Assembly (NCBI GenBank): GCA_043823745.1
Contig: JBDRAN010000044.1
Location: 853-64,852, forward strand
Source of the DNA: Candidatus Omnitrophota bacterium
Lineage (GTDB): Bacteria; Omnitrophota; Gorgyraeia; Duberdicusellales; 4484-171
Length of the DNA stretch: 64,000 nucleotides
Direction of reading: 5' to 3'
The notes under the pieces: generated by a model
Databases searched by the model: none
What the model was told of the DNA's origin: nothing
Seen by the model: only the letters and a program-made list of their open reading frames with translations
Position numbers and translations under genes: made by a program
Part shown: positions 16,446-25,694 of the stretch, in pieces
Position numbering within the stretch: the stretch's first letter is position 1
Layout of the letters: each line of letters begins with the position of its first letter

Positions 16446-18274
16446 TACGCTTTCTTTGGCGTGTAGTGGTAGTAGGAATAATAGGAGTAGTATCGGTCGG
16501 TTTCAACGCTCACATTATTAAGCACCGCACCGATAATCTTTATCTTTTTACCGAGCAGCTTGCGTACTTCCGTTATGAGTTTCAGCGAGGTCGATGCGGT
16601 TTTTATTACAAAAACAGCACCGTCGCACTTATCCCCAAGCATCAACGTATCAGAAACACCCAGTGCCGGAGGCGCATCAATAATAATTCGCTTAAATCGA
16701 CTCTTAGCAGTTTCTAAAAAAGTAACCAGTTTCTTCGAATTCAAGAGCTCAGCAGGGTTCGGGGTTGATGGTCCCGTCGGAATAAGGTACAAATTAGGCA
16801 CTGACGTAGAAACCACCGCCTCCTCCAACGAGCAAATGCCGGCCAAAAGGCTACTTAATCCGTTTTTTGTCTTTAGTTCAAATATATTCGATAGTCTCCC
16901 GCGACGCATATCAGCATCAATAAGTAATGTTTCCTCGTTGGTCTGGGCAAAACTAATCGCAAGGCTCGTCGAAACAAAGCTTTTACCTTCCTTGGCAATG
17001 GAACTGGTGACCATCAGTGTTTGTAGCGGCCTGTCTTCGGGAAAGGAAAAAATCAACGAGACGCGTAAATTCCTGAACGCCTCGGTGACTTGAGAATAAG
17101 GTTTTAACGCTGTAATTAAGTCTTTGTTTTCGTTACGTCGAGCCTCTCTCCGCGCCGAAGGAATATACGCCAAAAAAGGCATTTTGGTATAGAACTCAAC
17201 ATCTTCGGAAGTTTTCAGGGTTGAGTCGGCATATTCGAGAAAATAACAGAGCCCTATACCGAGCATTAAGCTTGCGATAATACCCTTCAAGATATCTTGC
17301 GTGGGTTGGGGCGAAATCGGTATCATGGGAATTTGGGCCTGATCGATAACCTGCACGTTGGAAGAAACCATTTCTTTGGAGACTTCGAGCTCTTTAATGC
17401 GCTTTAAAAAATCGGTATAGAGATTCTTGTAGATATCAACATCACGTACCAGTATTTTGTAATCCAATGATTTATCCTGCAATGCATACTGAGAATCCTC
17501 TTCTTCTTTTAACTTCTGCTCTACCGCCTCGAGTTGCGATGTCAGCTCAATGAGCTTTGGGTGTTTGTCACCGTATTTTTTCGACGACTCAATGGCGTCT
17601 CTTTCAAGATTGCTCTTTTGCCTCTTTAATCCCTCAATAAGGCTTTCTCGCTTCCCCGCCTCGGGCATATCACCGATACGGTTATCCCTCACAAAATCAT
17701 TGAGCCGCTTCTCTGCCTCTTCAAGTTTTTTCAAGGTAGAATCGAGCTGCTCTCCAAGCCAACTGATACCATACTTCGTCGTTATGAGGCGCTGTTCGAG
17801 ATCGGTCTTAACAAACTCCTCGGACCAGACGTTTGCAATGGAGGTAACCGTTAGAGGTTTGTGTCCTCGCACTCTGATAAAAACAAGGTTGCTTTTGTCT
17901 GGCGCATCAAACCGCACCATCGAAAGAAGCACCCTAACCGGGTCGCGAGCACCAAGAAATGGTTGCTCCGTCCTAAGGTTGAGCCGATCAAGAACTTTCT
18001 CCGCAACAATACGCGAAGTCAATAAATTCATCTGGTCTTCCTTGGACGGCGAACCACCCCTGTATACAATATCTTCTTTACCGGTGACTTTTGGAATGTT
18101 AACTTTAAGAAGTATCTTGGAGGAGGTTTCGTAAATCTTAGGTTGCGAAAAATCGTAAAAAGCAATAATACTGGGTATCACCACAAGCAGCGCCACAACA
18201 ATCCATACGCGGTGCATTATGATGTCTACATAATCTTTAATTGTTAGTTCTCGTACTTCCGGGGGCGGAATCAT
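16445..18274 (-). CDS. Polysaccharide co-polymerase / tyrosine autokinase (Wzc/GumC-CapB fusion type).
   Basis: An N-terminal TM is followed by a coiled-coil periplasmic region, a second TM, and a C-terminal P-loop ATPase domain (SSIAKEGKSFVSTSLA, DADMRR). Confidence 0.8.
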   Translation of the reverse strand: MIPPPEVRELTIKDYVDIIMHRVWIVVALLVVIPSIIAFYDFSQPKIYETSSKILLKVNIPKVTGKEDIVYRGGSPSKEDQMNLLTSRIVAEKVLDRLNLRTEQPFLGARDPVRVLLSMVRFDAPDKSNLVFIRVRGHKPLTVTSIANVWSEEFVKTDLEQRLITTKYGISWLGEQLDSTLKKLEEAEKRLNDFVRDNRIGDMPEAGKRESLIEGLKRQKSNLERDAIESSKKYGDKHPKLIELTSQLEAVEQKLKEEEDSQYALQDKSLDYKILVRDVDIYKNLYTDFLKRIKELEVSKEMVSSNVQVIDQAQIPMIPISPQPTQDILKGIIASLMLGIGLCYFLEYADSTLKTSEDVEFYTKMPFLAYIPSARREARRNENKDLITALKPYSQVTEAFRNLRVSLIFSFPEDRPLQTLMVTSSIAKEGKSFVSTSLAISFAQTNEETLLIDADMRRGRLSNIFELKTKNGLSSLLAGICSLEEAVVSTSVPNLYLIPTGPSTPNPAELLNSKKLVTFLETAKSRFKRIIIDAPPALGVSDTLMLGDKCDGAVFVIKTASTSLKLITEVRKLLGKKIKIIGAVLNNVSVETDRYYSYYSYYHYTPKKA

Positions 18275-18348
18275 AGTTCTTGGTTCCCCTTTACGTTTTT
18301 TCTATCCGTTATGCTTCGGGAGGAAATGCAAAGTTTCAAATCTTCGTT

Positions 18349-19731
18349 CTAAAACCAGCTTTCAGGGACCACAATCGTGTCTCCTCCCTGGAGTATTATA
18401 TCCCGCGATTTATCTCCCGTCTTTAAAATATACCCCATCGGAACTTTAATGGTTTTTTTCCTCTTCTCCTGTTCCCGTATCACCTTGACACCGTTGGTGT
18501 CGGCAACATCAGTAAACCCCCCGGCAGTGCCGATGGCGTCGGTGACAGTCATGCCGAGCGTATAAATATAATTCCCTGGTTTACGCACTTGGCCAAAGAT
18601 TGAGATATCCTGGTATGTTGTAACAATGATACGATCTTCTTCTTTCAAAAAGAAATCAGCGGCCATATTATCTAAAATATTAAGGGTGTATTCTTTCTTT
18701 CCGCCAGCCTCTTGCCGGTTCACGCTCACCGTAGAAAGATCAGCATTATCCACCGCGCCGCCGGCAAGAAAGTTAATCGCGTCCCCAATGGTCAGATCGC
18801 TGCGCTCTAACTTAAATGCGCCCGGATTTTTTACGGCGCCCACAATATAAATTCTCCCATATTTCTCAACAATAATTTTATCAAGCGGTTGCAAATAGAA
18901 GTTTCTCCCTTCTTTCTGCAAATCAAGGATACGCTCTTTGATCGGTCTTATCTCTCCCGGATCCCGGTATACTCTCACAACCTTCACACGGGAAGGATTC
19001 GCTTCCTCTTTAAGGCCACCGGCAAGCACAACAACATCAACAAGCGTAAGGGGCCCTTTAAGCTCGTAGCTTCCGGGCTGATTGACCTCCCCGTAAATAA
19101 AAACCTTCCCATAATCTTCAATAAGAACATTAACCTGGGGATTAAGCATATACCCGTTTTTCAAAAGCCCCTCGATCTTTTTTGAAGCATCGCTGGCGGT
19201 AAGGCCGCCTACTTTAATTTCTCCCAAAAGCGCATAGCGCACCGTGCCATCTTCGGAAACTTTCACCGTCGCCGTCAGATCCGGCTCTCCGTAAACAGAA
19301 ATTTGCAACGTGTCATAAGGAGAAATTTTATAAATAGGGACCTGCCCCGAGGATTGCTCTACGATAATATCCCTCTCGTAAAACACAACGGGACCTTCTC
19401 CGTCGGCCGCCGGTACCGCCTCAAGCGCAGCCACACCGCTGCGATTGATCGTAACCTTAACATCCATGAAATAGTATTGTTTCAGAAGCCCTTCTATTTG
19501 TTTGGCAGCATCCGATGTCGACAGGCCTGCGATTCCGATAACGCCAAGATACGGATACCGCATGGTCCCATCGCTTGCGACTTTAATCGTCTTGCTTAAA
19601 TCAGGCTGCCCCTCAACGGCAATCTGCAATGTATCCGCAGGCTGAATTGCCTCAACGAACGGTGAAGGCTGCGCGCATACAGCCATAACGCCTATCACTA
19701 AAAAAAATAACCCAATAACAATTTTCTTCAT
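18349..19731 (-). CDS. Periplasmic polysaccharide export protein (Wza/Poly_export with duplicated SLBB domains).
   Basis: A signal peptide is present. Two repeated modules share IEGLLK... and GEVNQPGSY-like motifs typical of Poly_export/SLBB. Confidence 0.8.
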   Translation of the reverse strand: MKKIVIGLFFLVIGVMAVCAQPSPFVEAIQPADTLQIAVEGQPDLSKTIKVASDGTMRYPYLGVIGIAGLSTSDAAKQIEGLLKQYYFMDVKVTINRSGVAALEAVPAADGEGPVVFYERDIIVEQSSGQVPIYKISPYDTLQISVYGEPDLTATVKVSEDGTVRYALLGEIKVGGLTASDASKKIEGLLKNGYMLNPQVNVLIEDYGKVFIYGEVNQPGSYELKGPLTLVDVVVLAGGLKEEANPSRVKVVRVYRDPGEIRPIKERILDLQKEGRNFYLQPLDKIIVEKYGRIYIVGAVKNPGAFKLERSDLTIGDAINFLAGGAVDNADLSTVSVNRQEAGGKKEYTLNILDNMAADFFLKEEDRIIVTTYQDISIFGQVRKPGNYIYTLGMTVTDAIGTAGGFTDVADTNGVKVIREQEKRKKTIKVPMGYILKTGDKSRDIILQGGDTIVVPESWF

Positions 19732-21074
19732 TAGAAATCCTTTTCTAATTTTAACGTTACCACATTATTCTTATAGCTTGCCGACCGAATATCCGAAGAC
19801 TGACAGAAGTACACATAATCAAGACCGACAGAAAACTGCTTACGAAACGCGTAGCGGACATTAACACCGCCCTCATATACATCGTCCTTGCGGCCCGTAT
19901 CATACCCTGAGTTGGTAAACCGAATAAACGAACCAAATTTCATACGCTCATGCCCAAACGGCGGCACATACGTTGAGCCAAGCTCAAACTTATTAGTTTC
20001 AACCCAGGTTTCATCGGAAAGCGTTGTCGTGTCGGTATTGCGCGATACCGAGATACCGTGGGAAAGACGCTCGGTCATTCGATATTCAAGATCTGCCTGG
20101 ACGACCTCCGTGTTAATGTTTGTCTTGTCTTCGTTTTCTCTGAATTTATATCCTACTTTCATTGTTCCCCCAACTTTCGAGGTAAGCTTGCCGCGGACAC
20201 CGCCCCAAAATGTATGCGCCGTGCCGTCGGCCCCGTCCACATCGGGGCGCGCGCTGACATCATAATCATACGAGAAGAGAAAGTCCGTCTTTGGCAACAG
20301 CCGAATATAATTTGTCAGGCTAACCCGATCCTCTGACGTGTTTGATTCGCGATACCGTTTTTCATACAAAGAATCTTTATGCGAATACTCCAGTTGAGAA
20401 GGGAGATACCTCCAATCCATCAAAAAAAAAGCTCCGTACCGGCGAACCCAATAATCAATAAGTGACTTAGGAATTATAGCGGATGTCTTAAGCTCTTGTG
20501 TCGTTGAATACGCTCTTGCAAAACCCCCGTCAAAACCCAACGTATACTTTCCCCGCGTATGCGTAAGGGTTACATCCGCTGAGCCTCGGCCCTTGGCAAA
20601 GGTCCCCCGCTTAGTCCTGTGAATATCGGGGCCGGCGGTAATATCGAACTGAAAGGCTGTGTGCCCTTTCTTCCATGCAATCTTCGGTAAATACTTAACC
20701 GCCATATCGATAGAAGAGACAAAGGCTATTTCGCGATCCTCAAGCTTATCGTTCACATGATAAAGATTATCATCATACTTTGTTGTATAGACGATATTGG
20801 TTTTAAAATCCTCGGAAACTTTTTTGATAACTTCGCCTGCCTTCTGAAGCGTTTCTTCCTGCTGTTTCCGGCTCCTCTCGCGGCGCTCTTGCATTAATTT
20901 CGCCGCCTCCGCGTCAAGACGCGCTTTCTCACTGTCGGTTTTAACGCGAAGATCGTAATAATCGAGGTGGCATGAAACGATCTCTTGCCGTGTTACCTCG
21001 GCAAAGACGGCGGGGTAAAAAAATCCTCCCCCCACCATGACAATAAGCAATAATCCCTTGGTTTTTTTAAGCAC
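19731..21074 (-). CDS. Outer-membrane beta-barrel protein with an N-terminal coiled coil (EPS-associated).
   Basis: A signal peptide is present. Alternating amphipathic beta-strand pattern. The C-terminus ends in aromatic F (LKLEKDF), as in OMPs. Confidence 0.55.
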   Translation of the reverse strand: MLKKTKGLLLIVMVGGGFFYPAVFAEVTRQEIVSCHLDYYDLRVKTDSEKARLDAEAAKLMQERRERSRKQQEETLQKAGEVIKKVSEDFKTNIVYTTKYDDNLYHVNDKLEDREIAFVSSIDMAVKYLPKIAWKKGHTAFQFDITAGPDIHRTKRGTFAKGRGSADVTLTHTRGKYTLGFDGGFARAYSTTQELKTSAIIPKSLIDYWVRRYGAFFLMDWRYLPSQLEYSHKDSLYEKRYRESNTSEDRVSLTNYIRLLPKTDFLFSYDYDVSARPDVDGADGTAHTFWGGVRGKLTSKVGGTMKVGYKFRENEDKTNINTEVVQADLEYRMTERLSHGISVSRNTDTTTLSDETWVETNKFELGSTYVPPFGHERMKFGSFIRFTNSGYDTGRKDDVYEGGVNVRYAFRKQFSVGLDYVYFCQSSDIRSASYKNNVVTLKLEKDF

Positions 21075-21129
21075 GGGTATAGTATCCGCTAAACTATGCT
21101 GCGTCTGCGTGGCGTCGCAGGTAACAACC

Positions 21130-21711
21130 TCATTTGCGCGCGATCGCCAAAAGACTCAATGCAATCGAAAAGAGCAAAATCATATTTACAACATTTATCC
21201 AGCTAACCGGCGCAACCGGAACCGTTATATTGATGAAGCGCGCGAGGAATCCTAAAACGGCTCCGATGACTCCGATCAACAAGAAGATAACCGATAATAC
21301 TTTCATAAGCGTGCCTCCTCTTTCCTGGTCTTGTTTTTTCCGAATATCGATAATCTTTTGATCGATAAATACGCTCATATCTTCAGGGAGCCCGTCAAAC
21401 TCGACGCCGACTTCAAATCCACCGAGTTTTTCGAGGAAATTAACCCGTATCACCCGAGCCATGACACGCACGGTCTTGGCATGCGCGGGAAAAGCGATTT
21501 CAAGCTCAAGGATGCTGTTTATGGAAAGATACTCATTCGTAAAAAGCAGGGCTCCGCTTGAGGAGATGTTACGGATAAAGGAAAGCGTGCGGATTTCCTC
21601 GGGCTTTTTGACAATTTTATATTTTAAAAGATGATGAATGCTTAGACGCACACACCGCCGTTTTTCCCGATCTCGCGTGCCGGAAAAATTTGCCACTGAA
21701 TCCTCCCCCAT
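21130..21711 (-). CDS. PilZ-domain protein with two C-terminal TM helices.
   Basis: RRCVRLSIHH...NISSSGALL matches RxxxR / D/NxSxxG PilZ motifs. A C-terminal hydrophobic hairpin follows. Confidence 0.65.
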   Translation of the reverse strand: MGEDSVANFSGTRDREKRRCVRLSIHHLLKYKIVKKPEEIRTLSFIRNISSSGALLFTNEYLSINSILELEIAFPAHAKTVRVMARVIRVNFLEKLGGFEVGVEFDGLPEDMSVFIDQKIIDIRKKQDQERGGTLMKVLSVIFLLIGVIGAVLGFLARFINITVPVAPVSWINVVNMILLFSIALSLLAIARK

Positions 21712-21746
21712 AATAATCTTATTGTACTAAAAAGTTAACTCTTTTG

Positions 21747-23495
21747 CTACAATAATTTTAATTTTTCGCCGATTTGATTCAAAAACTCAGCAACGCGTTG
21801 ATACGCGGGTGATAATTTTTCTACGATCGTAAACTCTTCTTGAGCCTGCCTATAGTCTTTAAGCGTTAAAAATAAGATTCCTAAATTATAATGCGCCTCG
21901 ACGTAATCCGGCTTGATGCTGATCGCCTTTTCAAGATTCACTTTCGCTTCAGCGTATGCCCCTTTGAGCCAGAGCAAATACCCTAAGTTATTGTAGGAGT
22001 AAACAAAATGAGGATTGCGTTCCGCCGCTTTACGCAAATGATCGATCGCCTTTACCAGATCGCTTTTGACGATATAAATTGTTCCCAAATTATAGTGTAA
22101 GAACGCCGACTGGGGAGCAAGCAACATCGCTTTGGTATATTCCTGGACAGCTTCGTCCATCAGCCCAAGGTGATAATAAATAAAAGCCAGATTTGCGAGG
22201 ATCTCAGGGCTTTGGGGCGCCAGCTGGTGCGCACGACGGGCATTCGCGATCGCTTCTTCTTTATTGTCCAGGAAATAGAAAGCCAAGCCTCGGCCGCTAT
22301 GCGCAAACGCGTCCGAAGAATAAAACTTGAGCGCCAACGCAAATTTATCCAGGCTTTCCCTGTACTTAAGCGTGCCTTCTTCCTTTTTATTGTGCCGCGT
22401 AAGCCGGTACCCTTCGGCAAGCAGTTTGAAACCTGCTTCGCGAAATTGTTTCGCTATCGAAGGCACAACATTTGTTTTAAGATGGATGTTAAGACTGCTA
22501 TACGAGAATAAACCACCCGGCTCCATGCCTCTGCGCACGCCGCGACCGCCCATTTCGCGAATACGCTCTTGGCCGGTGGTAATACTGGCCGTTTCGAGTT
22601 TCATAAAGTTATCGTACGCTTTCTGCTGATCGCCTAAATCATATAAGGTAATATACCCGGCACGAAACTGCGAAAGTTGAGCCATCGGCGAAGACGGGTC
22701 TCGCTCAAAAAGAACCTCAAAGGTTCGCGCTGCGTCCTCTTTTCTGCCCATTACATAAAGACAGTCGCCTTCCTGATACGCGGAAAGTTTTCCCAATTCC
22801 TGAGGAAGGTTTTCTTTCGCTTTGGCGAACACTTCCCTGGCTTCGAGTATTTTTCCCTGAAATTTATACACAAAACCTAAATACAGTTGCGCTTTCAGCG
22901 CAAGCTTCGTATCCGGATCTATCTCGATTGTTTTCATAAGAAATTCCTGCGCGTCCTGAAAAGATTTTCCCCGTATGCATAGACGGGAAATCTCAAGATA
23001 CTTCTCCTGTGCGTTGACTCCGACACCAGCGGCGATTTCGCGCTTTAAACGCTCTATTCGCTTTTTAAGATGGCTGGTGTTTTCGGTGCGTTTTCGGGGA
23101 AATATCGTGATAAATAAATTATCGACAGCCTTGGAAAACCAGTTGCTTTTTTCTTCTTTCCGGCGTACAACATCACGTAGAAAAAAGTTCGCGTCGCGTA
23201 GTTGATCCCTATTGTCTGCGGATCCGATGATATTGCCGGCAAATTCTATCTTTGCTAACGACGAAGGATCGATATCCTCCCTGGTAATTTCAAGAATAAG
23301 CGCGCCCTCAAGAACGTCTTTGATGCGATGCGCATCCTTAACGTTTTTGACACTCTCAAGCTGCCTGAGTGAGACCTTTAAGTTAGTCAATGACTTGTCA
23401 AGAAGGTATTGATTGTAGCTTACAAAAAAGATAATCGCCACGGTAGACGCGACGATTAACGGAAGGATATTTTTATTGAAGAATTTGGCATTCAT
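21747..23495 (-). CDS. Large TPR-repeat protein with an N-terminal membrane anchor. It is the first gene of the EPS operon.
   Basis: 582 aa with more than 8 TPR repeats (AHYNLGILF, AFLHYNLGTIY, etc.) and an N-terminal TM. Confidence 0.65.
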   Translation of the reverse strand: MNAKFFNKNILPLIVASTVAIIFFVSYNQYLLDKSLTNLKVSLRQLESVKNVKDAHRIKDVLEGALILEITREDIDPSSLAKIEFAGNIIGSADNRDQLRDANFFLRDVVRRKEEKSNWFSKAVDNLFITIFPRKRTENTSHLKKRIERLKREIAAGVGVNAQEKYLEISRLCIRGKSFQDAQEFLMKTIEIDPDTKLALKAQLYLGFVYKFQGKILEAREVFAKAKENLPQELGKLSAYQEGDCLYVMGRKEDAARTFEVLFERDPSSPMAQLSQFRAGYITLYDLGDQQKAYDNFMKLETASITTGQERIREMGGRGVRRGMEPGGLFSYSSLNIHLKTNVVPSIAKQFREAGFKLLAEGYRLTRHNKKEEGTLKYRESLDKFALALKFYSSDAFAHSGRGLAFYFLDNKEEAIANARRAHQLAPQSPEILANLAFIYYHLGLMDEAVQEYTKAMLLAPQSAFLHYNLGTIYIVKSDLVKAIDHLRKAAERNPHFVYSYNNLGYLLWLKGAYAEAKVNLEKAISIKPDYVEAHYNLGILFLTLKDYRQAQEEFTIVEKLSPAYQRVAEFLNQIGEKLKLL

Positions 23496-23623
23496 CTATG
23501 GTTACTATATTCCTAGTTACCGCCGTTGTCAATACTATCCGTACGGGAATGGGTGATAAAAAGGGATGTTCATACCGGCGAGGTTGCTGGCGCGGTGATG
23601 TTAAGGGAAAGTGACGCGGGTGG

Positions 23624-24088
23624 TTATGTGAGGGGGCGGTGTCGCATGAAGAGACGGCGCGCGCAATAGAGAGTAACGAGGCTATTAAAAACGGTACTGA
23701 TGATAAGAATGGGTCGCGCACCGAGAGAGGCGACGCCTTCCTGAAGTCCTTCGACACGCACCAGAGCCCCGGTACGCGTCAGCGCGCATAGATTATTCAA
23801 TAAAAAGAAACTATGAAAAAAAAGTGCGCACCAGAAACCCCGGGCAGACCCTCGTTTAATAGCGCCATAGAGCCAGAAAAGCAGAAGCGCAAGCGCTGCG
23901 CGTGCCGCAAAAAGCGACGGTCCGCCGACCTGGTGAGTGCCAACAAATGTACGCGTGTAAAACAGATGAGGTGAAATGAGGTGAAAGAAAAGAAGAAAAA
24001 GGTAGAATTTCGAAAGGATTGATAATCCTAACTCATTCTCTATCAATGTCTTACGTTCTATTGACATGGGCTTCTTTTTATGGTACAT
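23624..24088 (-). CDS. Hypothetical membrane protein (weakly supported).
   Basis: 154-aa ORF with hydrophobic segments and no recognisable motif. It overlaps another frame in a 600-bp region without a confident gene. Confidence 0.2.
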   Translation of the reverse strand: MYHKKKPMSIERKTLIENELGLSILSKFYLFLLFFHLISPHLFYTRTFVGTHQVGGPSLFAARAALALLLFWLYGAIKRGSARGFWCALFFHSFFLLNNLCALTRTGALVRVEGLQEGVASLGARPILIISTVFNSLVTLYCARRLFMRHRPLT

Positions 24089-24098
24089 ATAAGTGAGG
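24061..24098 (+). promoter_or_regulatory. Sigma70-like promoter (TTGACA, 17 nt spacer, TACATA) plus RBS for the small secreted ORF.
   Basis: TTGACA is at 24061-24066. The 17-nt spacer is followed by TACATA at 24084-24089. GTGAGG lies 8 nt before the ATG at 24106. Confidence 0.4.
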
Positions 24099-24105
24099 TC
24101 TTTAG

Positions 24106-24351
24106 ATGAAGAAAACAGCGATTATTCTGATGTTGGCAGGTATAGGGGTTATGTGGGGACAGTTCGTTTTAAGCCAGAATAGCGAAGAGCTTATCCCTCG
24201 CGAGAATACTGCCATCTCCCGGGGAACTGTTTCTTCCGCAATCAGCGAAGACGAAAAAGACGAAGATAAGACTGCTAAAGATTACATAATCACCCTGCCC
24301 TTTCCGGCGCTGGATACCAACCTCGCGGTCAGCGAAGAAGCCGTTAGCTAA
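24106..24351 (+). CDS. Small secreted or membrane-anchored acidic protein.
   Basis: 81 aa with an N-terminal hydrophobic signal/anchor and an acidic C-terminal half. A promoter-like sequence lies upstream. Confidence 0.35.
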   Translation: MKKTAIILMLAGIGVMWGQFVLSQNSEELIPRENTAISRGTVSSAISEDEKDEDKTAKDYIITLPFPALDTNLAVSEEAVS

Positions 24352-25661
24352 TCTTTTCGTTGGTCAACAATAAAACAACTACGTCCCTCGCGTTTTGCTT
24401 TCTTCTTTATTTCAGCGGCTATGTTGGTAATTTCGCCATAACTGGTGATGGTGCGATGAACGTTGGTGACCCCCGCCAACGATATCGTCATAATGGGAAA
24501 ACTGCATATTTTACCATCACGCGCGCTCGCCACAATACACCCTTTCTCAAGATCCTCCGCATTATAGAGGCTGCGTATTCTTTTATCGAATTCGGAGATA
24601 ATATAGTTCGCGATCGAATCGGCGTGGTCGGGAGCCGCCAACAAGATAAAATCATCGCCGCCTTCATGTCCGAGAAAATCATGGCTATCGCCCTTATTTT
24701 TGATCGCTTCCCTAAAAATATCAGCTGCTATCTTTATTGCCTCATCGCCTTGATGCACTCCATATTTATCGTTAAAGGCTTTAAAATTATCAAGATCGCA
24801 GTAAATAACCGTAAACTTCTTGCCCTCGCGTATTCGCCGCTCAACTTCTTCCATAATGACAATATTACCCGGAAGTTTTGTCAGCGGATTAGCGTTTTCG
24901 GCGCGATCTTTCATTTTAATTAACTCTGTGGCCATCGAGTTAAATGTTTCGGCAAGCTCTTCAAGCTCATCGCCCGTATTAACGCGTACGCGTAAATCAA
25001 GCCTTCCCGAAGAAATCGTCTTTGCTGCCTCGTTAAAAACCCTAATGGGCCCGATAATCAACCTCGCCAGAAAAATGCCCAGCGCGATGTTGACGAGAAC
25101 CAGGAGAAAGCCGACAAAGAATGCCGGCTGATAGACAGCGCGAAATGCCTTCCAGATATCGCCGAGGTAAAAAAATATTTTAGCGATAAAGAGAATACGG
25201 TCTTTCTCGCGCAGGGGAACATAGATAATTATCAATTTTTCTTTTTTATCAATAACCGTTTCTCCTCGTATAAACTCACTTCGTTTGATTTTATCAAGCA
25301 TTTCATAATCATTATAATCGGCGGGGGAACCAAGCAGTTGTTCGTCGGTTGACGCAACGACTTTTCCTCCGAGATCAAAGATGTACGCTTTTTTGATCTC
25401 TTCCGGGTACTCCTCAACAATTGAATGCAAAACACTACCGAGAAGATTGACCTTTTCTTTGGTCGACTTTGACGCATTAGCGATTATTTCGTTGAGCGCT
25501 TCTTCGATTTGCCGGGAATATTCTTTCGAGCTATATTCGAGGTAACGGCCGGTTACTTCCAAACCATGGGAAAGCTGAATGGTAACAAAAATTCCGATCG
25601 TACAGATCGTAAATATCGTTAAAAGGATAATAATCCGGCTTTTAAGCGTTGATGTTCTCAT
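24348..25661 (-). CDS. Membrane sensor GGDEF-family protein (TM–periplasmic domain–TM–HAMP–GGDEF) with a noncanonical GGDDF signature.
   Basis: A HAMP-like segment is followed by DLDNFKAFNDKYGVHQGDEAIK and HEGGDDFILLA, which align to the GGDEF domain. No RxxD I-site is visible. Confidence 0.7.
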   Translation of the reverse strand: MRTSTLKSRIIILLTIFTICTIGIFVTIQLSHGLEVTGRYLEYSSKEYSRQIEEALNEIIANASKSTKEKVNLLGSVLHSIVEEYPEEIKKAYIFDLGGKVVASTDEQLLGSPADYNDYEMLDKIKRSEFIRGETVIDKKEKLIIIYVPLREKDRILFIAKIFFYLGDIWKAFRAVYQPAFFVGFLLVLVNIALGIFLARLIIGPIRVFNEAAKTISSGRLDLRVRVNTGDELEELAETFNSMATELIKMKDRAENANPLTKLPGNIVIMEEVERRIREGKKFTVIYCDLDNFKAFNDKYGVHQGDEAIKIAADIFREAIKNKGDSHDFLGHEGGDDFILLAAPDHADSIANYIISEFDKRIRSLYNAEDLEKGCIVASARDGKICSFPIMTISLAGVTNVHRTITSYGEITNIAAEIKKKAKREGRSCFIVDQRKD

Positions 25662-25694
25662 TGGTCAATACACTCCTGATACATCGTTAGCCCA

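Noticed and set aside
16560-18134. Two plus-strand ORFs of 177 and 194 aa
   Set aside because: Both lie antisense within the Wzc-like gene, which has clear Walker A and coiled-coil features. Their products are Ser- and Arg-rich nonsense typical of antisense frames.
23960-23990. Possible CRISPR or tandem repeat array (atgaggtgaa x2)
   Set aside because: There are only two 10-nt units, with no spacer structure and no cas genes anywhere in the window.
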